NCBI GenBank assembly: GCA_965644265.1
Contig: OZ286472.1
Span: forward strand, 27,900,001-27,964,000
Source of the DNA: Glycera tridactyla
Lineage: Eukaryota
Direction: 5' to 3'
Length of the DNA: 64,000 nucleotides
The translations under genes were made by a program, and so were the position numbers. The notes under the pieces were generated by a model. That model was given only the letters and a program-made list of their open reading frames with translations, did no database searches and had not been told where the DNA came from. Shown here in pieces: positions 26,701 through 38,800 of the stretch. Position 1 is the stretch's first letter, and every line of letters starts with the position of its first letter.

Positions 26701-28717
26701 AAATTTGGCCAACTTGGAGCCATGCATGGACCATCATCTCTACACATCTGGCCACTTTCCCGGAGTGACTTCTTGATCACGAAGCGTAGTGGTTCTGGTT
26801 GTTAAACTGTGTAGTCAACCATGAATGGGAGGACTCGGATTGAGAATCCGGTTCAGAACAAAGTGATGAAAGTAATTTAACCATTCAGTGAGACCGAGTA
26901 CATCAACCATATCAATATTTCTTCATCCAAGTTGAGTGGAAAGGAGCTAGCTGAAATGCAGTACAGTGAAACCTGTGACCAAAGACTTCCCTAAATGTCA
27001 CCAAAATGCAGCCTTTAAAGAAAAATGGCCTCTCACCTGAGGTATACTTGATTATTCAGGAAGAAAATTGCCCTGGAAAAGTGGTCTCCCGTCATATTGC
27101 AGGTTTCACTGTACAGTGAATCCTATGACAAGAGACCACCCTAAATGTCAGCAAAAAGTGGTCTGTCAAAAGAGGTGGTTTCTTGTTGGGGGTGTATTTG
27201 ACTATATCAAATACAAAAGCTGCCCTGAAAAAGCACTCTCCCGGTGGAGGGGGTCTCTCATCAGGGGGTCTCTCTTCACAGGTTTCACTGTATATTCATC
27301 AGCTCCTCAGGATCATTGGGCCTTCAAGCTGGCATACCTGAACAAGCAGGCATACCTGAAGAAACTGCTCAATGGCGAACTTCAAGCTTGTGAAAAAAGA
27401 CTATCAGGGAGGGTTTCACATGATGTGTATCAAATGAGTCTGAGATGGGGGAATGAGCCCAGGTGGTTAAATGTTAACAATGAGGACCAGCCATGTGAGA
27501 TAATTAATGGTTAAAGACGATGCAGAGATAAAGATGAAAGTGCTAACACAGAAACAAAGACTCACCACCAAATACAGATCTCAATCCCCCAGGCTCATCG
27601 TCACTGTCACTGGCAAAGTTACCCATAACCGCTGGGCGGTGCTGGCGTGGCACCAGACACACAATATCTGAGCGGCAATGACAGCCTTTCTCTCCCTCTC
27701 TCTCGCTTGCTTTCTCGCTCGTTCGCTTGCTCTGATGGCATGCATCTACAGCTCTGACAGTTGACACTATATCACTACATGGACTTGATCACAACCGCCC
27801 GCTGCCTCCCCCTGTCATCATAGCTGTCACCTAATGTTACTGATGCACGTCATATTGATGTTGTTGCCATCCATGTTTATAACAGTGCTTCACCAACACC
27901 ATCTTGTCATAATGTTATCTATTTTCACCACCTCTAAGTAGACCCACACATACAAGCATGCATGCACACATAGTCGCACACACATACACAAACACACACC
28001 CACACACACACACACACACACATACTCATGCTAAAATCTCACAAAATATTTTGTTTTTGTTCATGTCAGATGCTCGAACGCAACCTTTTTTGTCCATGGG
28101 GTAGAAGCCATGACCTCCTAGTAGGGCACCCACTAACAGCAGCACACTGCCAGCACCCCCTGACTACTATGCCACTGGATCCCATCAAAGTGAAGCTCAA
28201 TGAATAGCTATATGACTGTATTACTCCCCAGCTGTCATGGCATCGTGATACCTGGCACTGGCGATAGCCACTACTAATTCATGTCACAAAGGCAACAGGT
28301 ACATGAAATATGTTGAACACCTGAGCCTGATTTTAGGGTGGTTGAAATCATGACCCAATACAAGGAATACCCTGTCAGCACCCCTGATCGCTGCATCACG
28401 GAGTCATCTCATACAGAAAGAAAGCTCTGCGAGTGGTCATGAAGGTAGCACTGACAATGTACCGCTACCCCCCCCCCCCCCACACACACACATAATACAT
28501 ACAGTGGCACACAGAATACACATGCACACACAAACATACACACACATACATTGGTTGGCATCACCACAATCAGCTAGACAGAATCATACCATGGCTTGTT
28601 TATGAACGGATGGTTGAGTGTAACCTTGATGACCTGGAGTTGATATGAATCTTACATAACTTCTATAAAACACTGCAATAAGCTAGATACCATCTGATGA
28701 ACTTTCTCCCCCTTCCC

Positions 28718-28789
<72 letters not shown>

Positions 28790-29800
28790 GATATGCACAC
28801 ACGCCTAACTTTTCATATACAGTCGAACCTGTCCATAGCGACCATGGACGGTCAGGTCAGAAGATGGTCGTTATGAGCAGGTGGTCGTTATATGCAAAGC
28901 AGACTGACTTTTGCCAGGATATGGTCATGAAGACAGATGTTGATAGCGATGTAGTTTGACCAATCATGATCACTCTAGGAAGGCCCAAAATACAGCTGGT
29001 TTCAATAAATATTACCAAATACACAAATAGTGGCTCTTGTTGCTCGTTTGATGATCGTTTTTGAGAAAATCCTGACAATTTCGCCATAAACATGGTGGGA
29101 ATGTTAGACAGATGTAACTATTTGAGAAAGTTCTGTGAAATGATGAGGTCAAGGTCATATGCAAATTAGGTGTTTCGTTGTACATCTGGGGAATTCAAGA
29201 CTCGTTACTAGCCACAACAATGATGTGTGTTTGTACCCGTAAATCATTGAATTATGGAGGCGTGAACGACCAAACAATAGCTGCTGTAAGAGGCGAATTG
29301 GCTTCTCTACACAGTTGTCTCTCATATATCACTTCACTCATTGCTAATTGACCAGCTGAAACTGATCACAAATGGGGTTATACGCAGGTACAATTCAATT
29401 GACAGACATCAAAATGGCGGTTGGTGGTCGCATTGGACAGGTAGCCATTTTATACAGGTGAAATATAGAGGAAAGACAATGATCATTACTGGTGGTGGTT
29501 GTTATAGACAGGGATCTGTTATAGAAGTGGCCGTTAGANNNNNNNNNNNNNNNNNNNNNNNNNNNNNNNNNNNNNNNNNNNNNNNNNNNNNNNNNNNNNN
29601 NNNNNNNNNNNNNNNNNNNNNNNNNNNNNNNNNNNNNNNNNNNNNNNNNNNNNNNNNNNNNNNNNNNNNNNNNCCAACATTCTCATGTGGAAATCTCCAC
29701 ACACACATACACACATACACACATACACACATACACATGCATACACATGCATACACATGCATGCAGGCATGCATTTACTCACAAATGCACACACATGCAT

Positions 29801-29864
<64 letters not shown>

Positions 29865-32800
29865 ATGAACCATCCAATCACAGATATCAAGATTAAGTTC
29901 AATCCTGGCAGTGGCTGACTTGTTTCAGAGTAAGGAACAGTTCTGTTGGTGTTCAATCATAGTTTTTCATGGGCAGATTAATTTACATTGAACATCTGAA
30001 ACAAGCAGACATGACTGATTTCGACTGATACAGTTTCACGGGATGTTTCTGACAGTGTCTGGGATCTCTCAAATTAGATCACACCGTCACCACAATGATC
30101 AGCCATGGCACATTGAATATAGATGGGAAACTGTAATGAAAGAGCTGCAGAGGATTGATTGATTGATTGTTTGATTGATTGACTGATGTTTTCTCAAGCA
30201 TGTGACCGAATGAAGTGATGGAATGATGTACTTGCTTAGTACAAGTCAATCATATAGAGAAACCACTTCTGACTGGAGACCGCTTTTGTAGGGCAGATTT
30301 CATCTTTGACATAGTCAAATACATGTATACCTTTGAGGAGAGACCACCTTTTTTCAGAGATCACTCTCTGGTGACATTCTGGATGGTCTCTCATTGCAGA
30401 TTTCACTGTAGTAAAAAATAATCTGATGGGATGTACTGGAAATGTTCACCCATACAATAATACCAATACAAATTCTTGCTCCTTTCACGTCACGCTTTGG
30501 ATATGTTGGACTATCTACTTTCGCCATTTCTTATCCGATTTGAGATTTAATGGCACGAATGTATTGTATGGGTTGCCTCATTTCAATCTGATTCGAATTC
30601 ACAATGTTAGGGGGAAAAACGCACCAACCATGATTGAACTTGACAGACTTTATGAATGTCATCCCATACAGATCGAATGTAATGGAACAAAATTGGTGGG
30701 AATCTGCAAGATACAATGGGAATTGGGAGAGATGTGCATTTCACTGGAATGCTCAAATTTTGATGCAAGACATTGCTACCCAGAGAAAGGCTTTTAGTGG
30801 TTGTTATTTCTTCATATTTAGGAAGTTGGTTGTGATTACGCATGCACATACTCATATTGAGTGAACACACACACACACACGCACGCACGCATGCACGCAC
30901 GCACACACGCACGATGCACGCACACACGCATACACACACGCACACACACACACACAATATAGTACTCAGACATGTCCTAAGCCTAAAGCACTACTTCTGC
31001 AGGATTTCCATGGTTTCTGTCCTACATTAGCAGCATTGCTATTGCGAATGTCGATATTGACTGGATTACGGGAGAGAAAAGAGAATGTTTATAATATTGG
31101 CATCTCTCACACCGAAACCTGATGCACAAGAAACCGAAGATTAGTGCCTCTACAAATCCCTAATCCCTTGTCTTTCCATCTGTGAAATGCTCCACTTGAG
31201 TGTAGGTGCTCTCAAATGTGCTGAAGGGAACTCCTGGTTGTAGTGATGCTCTGGCAATGCAGTACAGTGACACCTGCAATTGGATACCACTGTGAATGTC
31301 ACCAGGAAGTGGTAGTCACTTTTCTGCGGTACATTTGACTATAAATAGGGAAGGCGCCCTCAGGAAGTGGTCTCCCATCAGAGGTGGGCTCTCATCAGGG
31401 GGTCGGTCTCGGTACTCAAAATTTGGGATGAATAGGGAAGGTGCCCCAACGAAGTGGTCTCCTGTCAGAGGTGGTCTCTCATCGGGGGGACTCTGGTATT
31501 GGTACTCAAAATTTGGGTGTATGTTGGGAAGCATTCCCTTCATCAAAGTCAAGCATTGTCCTATATCATTCATGTTCTCACTCTAGTGACCCGAATACTC
31601 AGTCCTTCATACCAAGTGTNNNNNNNNNNNNNNNNNNNNNNNNNNNNNNNNNNNNNNNNNNNNNNNNNNNNNNNNNNNNNNNNNNNNNNNNNNNNNNNNN
31701 NNNNNNNNNNNNNNNNNNNNNNNNNNNNNNNNNNNNNNNNNNNNNNNNNNNNNNNNNNNNNNNNNNNNNNNNNNNNNNNNNNNNNNNNNNNNNNNNNNNN
31801 NNNNNNNNNNNNNNNNNNNCCCTCTCGCTTTCTCTCTCTCTAACTATCTCTCTCTACTTCATTGAGTACATGCCTGATAATCATGCCTGACCCCTAATAT
31901 CACCAAACTAATCTACCATTTATGATTGCATAATTTCATATTCAAAATAATTACCATGCTAGCAACATGGACTTAAATATTCATGGCTTCTTCTGTAACC
32001 CTCTATCCAACTCATCCAGTTTTCATTGAGAGTCAGCAAGACATGGTATCCTCTCTCATTCCTCCGAGTCTTTCTCCCGCGAGTGTTAGTGAGCACATAC
32101 ATGTACTTCAAAATTCTAGACCACATTGTCGAAGAATTTGTCTCACTTCAGAAATACAGTCGAACCTGCTCTAAAGACCACCTCTCTATAGAGACCACCT
32201 CTCTATAAAGACCACCCTGGGCAGCGACCATGGTAGTATTTTCACCAGTAATTGACCTCTCTATAAAGACCACCTGTCTGTGAAGACCCCTTTTTGATGC
32301 GACCGAAGGCGGTCATCATAGACAGGTTCGACTGTACATATAAAGATGCACACAAGTTGGGGAGACAGTATCCTTCAAGTTCAGGTCAGAATATTCTTTG
32401 AGCCACGCAGCACATGTGGAGGATGAGATGAGATGGATACCATGTCCAGTCTCACTGATGAGTGGGCGACTGTATTTATCTCATGCTATTCCTTGACCGA
32501 AATATGATTTTGAAGACACAATTTTGTATTTTGGAGAAGAAGACAATCATATTCTAATGAGATTAAGTGTTGTACTGTTTTGGTCGCCATCACGTCATCT
32601 GCACATTTCAATAATAGAAATGACACTTTGCACCCCTGTGAATTTCAAAAATGTTCACCTTCTGTTGGGGGAGAATCCTGCCCATGACCATTGCATGGTT
32701 GTCAAAATATAGTAAAAATGGAGCTGTTACACCATTAAACCAGAACCAACAAATCAACCTTGTTTTCACAGCGCATAAGTCATGCACACTCAGTTTGCTG

Positions 32801-35800
32801 CATGATGGTTATTGTCAAGAGAATACAGATATCGACTTCATCAGATCCTCTTAAGAGAGATTACCGCAGCATACATCCATACATGGATTCCATGTCCCAT
32901 AATTCTACCACTTATTCCATCCACATATACACATCTGTCCCCCTGAAATATTCTTTATTTCATAAAACAGATGCCTCAGAAAATCGTGGAATGTCCTTGC
33001 CAATTTTCATAGCTGGATGAAAGATGATATTCTGTGCTGAGATCGGAAACATCCATGAACTGATTTAATGGCTGTACCATGAAATATGAGATCAGCCTGG
33101 ACTAGAACAATGACTAGATTAAGTTAGGGGTGTCACCTGTCACGGCATCCCATAGCTCAGACCCAATCTTCATTAATTCTCGGAAATTTGAGCAAGTGAA
33201 CATGATGTAAAAGAATGCCTTGATGGAAAGTAATGAGTTCGTCCTGACTCTTTCATCTCTGATGTGACAGCAGAGACATTGTAACCTGATGCAGCAGCCA
33301 AGTCTGCTGCAGTAGCAGAAACAGCAAAAGCAAAAGCAGCAGCAGCAAAAGTAGCAACTGCCAAAGAAGCAGAAGCAGCAAAAGCAATCAAAATTGTCGC
33401 AGAGTTGGCTGCTGTAGCACTTGTTCACGCAATATTGCTTTGCTGTTGCTGGTGATGATGCTGCAGCTGCCACTGCTGCTGCTGCTGCTGCTGCTGCAGC
33501 TGCTGCTGCTGCTGCTACTGCTTTTGCATTTGTTATTTTGGTAACCTTGTCACTGCATGTGATATTGTTGACACTCTCTCAATCGCTTCTTCTGCTGCTG
33601 CTTTTCTAGTTAGATCAAGTGCTGCTGATGCTGCTGCCTTGGCTGCAGTAAGATCTGAGGAATACTGGAGAGCCCAAACCATTAGCATATGACTGATCAT
33701 GCATTGAAAATGAACCTCTTGATAAATTTGAGAAAGTTTTTGATGACACTGGACCCATCCAAACACTCTGGCTTATCAATCTGGCACAATAGTCTATGTA
33801 TCCTTTTCTGTCCAGATAGATTTCTGAACGTTTTTGAACAACTCATCTCACTGAGTGTAACATGATGCTTTCTGAAAATCATAACACAGGAACTAATTTC
33901 TGATGAATTGAAAGTGAGCACATACCATGCATGGCAGATATCCATGTGACCTTTGAAGTAATCAGGCATTATTATTACCTGAATCCTTCTCTCAGTCAGC
34001 TTTCTTCATAGCAGGAATCTGCCAGTACCTTTCTGACTCACTGGACGTTTACCCAAATGGGGCCATCATGACATGTATGTTAATCTCAAATTTGACAAAA
34101 AAATCTCATGGCGGACTCAGATGTAGTTGTCTATGGTGCCATTTCTTGAATGTCTTTATGATTGTTGGTTCGTTTAGTTTGAGGTTTGATGGCATGTATC
34201 AAACCAGAGGATTATGTATGCCATGTGATTCTGGTTAATGAAAGCCAGGTATCCTGTCCCCACATCACTTACACTAACCTTGAACACATAATGATGGGGG
34301 ATTGAAAAGGTTATCAGGTGGAAGTAGCTGGACACACCTCTATCTATCTGGCATGAACATAGTGAACCTAAAGATGGCATATCTAACTACATGTATGTGA
34401 CTGGCTAGAAGCAGACACTCGAGCTTTGATGCTTTGCTTCCATTTCAAGCGAAGAGCAGTAATTGAAACAAGGGAAAGCATTAGATTCAGAGAATACTAA
34501 ACCAATGTACAGATCACATGTCTAACCAGGCAAAATCAAGATTTTGACGGAATTCTTCAAACTGATAGGAGTGCTTCCAACAAATGCATCAGCGTATTCT
34601 GCAAACTTCAAACACACAATTCATCTAGTTGGATAAGTGAATTGACTCTGATTACCGTCGAATTTGAGATCAGTAAGCATTCAACAATGGCTGTTCAATT
34701 TGATTGGTTTCTCTATGGTTTTCCCAGAAAATTTCCTTCTTCTTGTGTAGCAATTCCAACTGACTTTCCTCACAAATTTTGCATTACATTCAATCTCACC
34801 CTCAGCGTGGATTACAATTATTGAATCAGCAAGTACCAATCAGGTATTTGTTTGTTTGTTTGAAGTTTAACTGCATGTATAGGGTTTTTGTTTGTTTGTT
34901 TGAAGTTTGACTGCATGTATCAATGTATAGGATTATGCCAGTCATTTGTTCCAGGTCAATGAAAGCTAGATGTTCTCTCCCCTGCAGACACCACTCTCAC
35001 AAACCCTGAACACAAGATGATGGGGAACTTGGGAGATTGTCAAGTGGAATTAGCCGACAGTTTGGACACACCTTTAACTCCTGAACATGAACATGATGAA
35101 ACTGAAGATGGCATATCTAACCATGTAACTGGATGAAAGCTGGCACTCAAGCCTGATAGCTATGGCTTTTGTTTTGCAAAGCCCAGTCCAATTAGGGTAT
35201 TGGCTGTCAGTTTTTTCAAGCATCCAACCTACAATCAACAATTATGGGCACAAGGGTTGCAGCCAATTTCCATCCCTGAAATGGCATACTGACATACGAC
35301 TGATCGGTCGACCACCGCGGCGGCACCTATTCATCAAGTGAGATGACAGATAGAGCAACATGGGTATAGAACAATGTCGGCATCAAGTGGCAAAATCGAT
35401 CACGTCTACTCCCACGTCAATATCAGGTGGCGGGTCCACTCAGCACATACTCAATATCAAGATTATGGTTCATTCTTGACAGAAAAATGCTCATCAACAC
35501 CACTCGACGTCTTATACCATGATAGGATATACATCTACATTTTCACATTCTTACACTTCACTCTATACCAGCACACCTACTAGACCTGTATACGTGTACC
35601 AGACGTTTGTTATTGGGGTATGTCATTTATTTTTCAACACAAACTGCAAGTATAAGATGACAAATAAATAATATACCCCAAAAAGCACACTTTGATCAGC
35701 AAAATGATCATGATTTATGATGAATTCCGTGAAGGACGCGTGTTTTCCCTTTCGATAGCAGGTACACTGTTGACAAATAGTGGCAAGTTTTCGATGCAAT

Positions 35801-38800
35801 CCATGGTATATTTCATATAGCTTGGCATAGACGATATGGAGTCTTGACAGCACAGTGGCACCATTACATCCATTCAACAATATCAGTGGGACAGCATTCA
35901 CAATAATTGATGAGGCTTCATCTAAGTAATAGTTGCATTAAGCATACATCCAGCATTGACTTGACTAGCACCTCCAGCGTTCAGACTTAATTCACCTGGA
36001 CTTATGTAGGCATGAGCTGGTCACAACACGGTATATTTGTGCATGTAGCCATGATACAACAGAGTGGATGGGCACACACCGACACTCCACTGATGTGCAA
36101 CAATCTGTGAACCTCTCAAGGAACTTTCTGCTTTTATGCCACACTCTTCTAATTACTCTAATGTCATGGAACTTCTGTGCTCTATAAAAAATGATCAGTT
36201 GGTAGCTATCTTTCTTGCCAAGCAACACTGGCTAGTACACATCCATGTTTCTCACTGGAGATCTATAACATTCAATATCATATAAGTGTGGCATAAATGT
36301 AAGAGACTGACTACACACGGTGCTGTAATACAACAAGTTTTGACAAAAATTCACATCAGGGCTCATGACTGCAACCTTCCTTCCGTCTCTTTGTCAACCG
36401 AGTGAAGCTTCACTGCTCCAGTCTCTATGTCTACTTTTCCGGCATTATAAGGAACCATTCTCGTTTTTCAAATATGAAGTTTTTTCAATTCCTGAATCTT
36501 CATGAATATGTTTATGAGATCAATTTACATCTTATATGTTTTCGATTGCAATATGCACAGCCCTTGACTCCCTGGCACATCAATAGTCCAACCGCAATCA
36601 TTGACAAATCACGATACGTCTTTCACAAATCAAACTCATTACACTGGGAATCACCACTTACAAAACACAGCTAATTGGTACATCAATTGAAATATCCTAG
36701 TATCAATCAACCATGCAGGCGAAGAAGTTTTTCCCTCCAAAGACAGATGTACTCATCATCCTCTGAAAGAAGGCAAATTCAAAAGGCATGCACATCAGTT
36801 ATCTATCTGTTCCACATACTGGGACCTTAACAAGAGAAGGCTATAGCAATCTTGGGGTTATTCTTGCTGCTGGGTAGGAAGCCTGTAAAATATTAGTAAT
36901 TATTCATAGCATATCTAATCATTAGTAGGGTAATAGTTGTACTTTATTTACATGCCAAAAATGATGTAGGAATTTCTACAGGTACTCATTCATTTATGTT
37001 GCTGAACAACGGATGATGTTTATCTATACTCAGGACATAAGTTCTGAGTCATCCACAGGCTCACATGCATAAAATCAGAAAACTCCTACCATTCAATGGG
37101 GGAAGGGCAGGGGCACTGTGGCACAAACTTTGTGCAAGAAGCATTCATCTATCAACATTATGTTTTGTAAACATGTCACAAGAGACCACTCAAAGTTTGA
37201 TTCACATATTTCCTTTTTTTTTAACATCTACTGACATATCCCTCTCAAACCTGGGTGCGGTCAGAAACTGACTAGGTGCTCTGCTTCTCTGAGGATTCCT
37301 TGGCAACTACAAGTGGTTACTTTGATTTGTGTGCATCCAGGTTTCAGTGAAATAGTCCCCAGCTACTGCCATATATAATATTTTCTTAGTATCTTCAAAC
37401 AGGAATACATAATACTTCGGTTGCATGGATCATGTCAACAGGGACATCATTCATGACATCACTTGTAAATGTCACATGTGACATCATGACTCCCAAGTTG
37501 CCATGGACACAAAGGGGCTTATGTCCAAAATAAAGAAAGAGGCATTAGTCAGAAACAAAGCATATTTATCCTCATTTATGTTAACAGGATACATGACTTA
37601 TCCATCTTGAAGGAAAAGTTTCCTTGGTACTCAAAATAAGTTCTGTGGAAAGCGAGAAGCTTTCAGCCACCTCAAGAGGTTTGAGTCTGTTGAATTCATT
37701 TAACATTAATTCATATCATTGTATATTATTAGGGTAGCTACAGTGACCATTCCAGTCTATAAGGATCTCGACATAATTGAACAATTGAATGTATCATCAC
37801 TCACAAATGCCTCTTCCCGTATTATGGACATATGTCCACCCAGGCATATTGGTGTCAATTTCTGCTTCTGACTTTCTGATCGATGATTCCAAGCTTTGAG
37901 TCTCTTCTGGGAAAAAACTCCAAATGGAAGGACCTGAATTTGTATTGTGTCTATCCCAGTGGTCTCTTGTTGCATGTTTCGCCTCACACTTCTGCACTAC
38001 AGAAACTCGGTAAGTCTTCCAGGTGCAACAGCTGCAGTGAAAACCACATCACCAAATGAACCTTACCCTCTGGAAATGGTGGCAACTGCAAATGATTCTG
38101 ATTTACGTTGTTCTCTGTAACGGAATCAGTCAACAAACCAGTCATCAGACAAGCTAACACACGATCAGTGAGGGTGACAACATGAGGGAGAGATTTGATG
38201 AAGATCGTTGAATTCAAATACACTACAATGGCTTTTCTGAGAGAAAAAAATGGTGTCACCACCCCATATAATAGGGATGATGTTGATTGATTGAGTTGGG
38301 CTTAACATCTCTTCTATCCAGGTGGGATTATTTTAGAAGTGGGGATGATGTGATGCAATTGGTATATTTTACAAGCATGAGACTATTCATCACGTACAAT
38401 TAATGGGAGAAAAATGTCAATCCCAATCTTCGTCCCTAAAGTTTTGATAGGCTGTGATGTATTGACTGGCTACCAATATCTGGTACAGGCTACAAAAGAT
38501 ATCAAGATATCAAGCAGGCAGCCCTTAAATATTTCGGCTATTATAGAGCCATAACGAAGAAGAAAAAATGCACTGTCACTTATATTCATGCTGCATATTT
38601 GATATCAATGCAAGGTTTACAATAATTCATTGTTTTTCACTAGTTGCCTCAAAATATCAGCTCAAATGCCGATACAGTAAAACCTGTCTTAAGCGAAAAG
38701 TCACAGGACCAAAATCTTTTTCCGCTTGGGATTTTCACATGGCCGATAATATTCAAGTATAAATGAATGATTCGAGACTTCAATAAATTAGCGTCTTTTC

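Noticed and set aside
29341-31030. His/Thr- and Cys/Val-rich ORFs
   Set aside because: Translations of (CA)n microsatellites and N gaps.
35374-35583. KIDHVYSH, reminiscent of a LINE APE endonuclease motif
   Set aside because: Single short motif without SDH or other APE/RT motifs nearby.
35623-35901. LH...[11 protein letters not shown], reminiscent of an integrase zinc finger
   Set aside because: Spacing does not fit HHCC and no DDE core follows.
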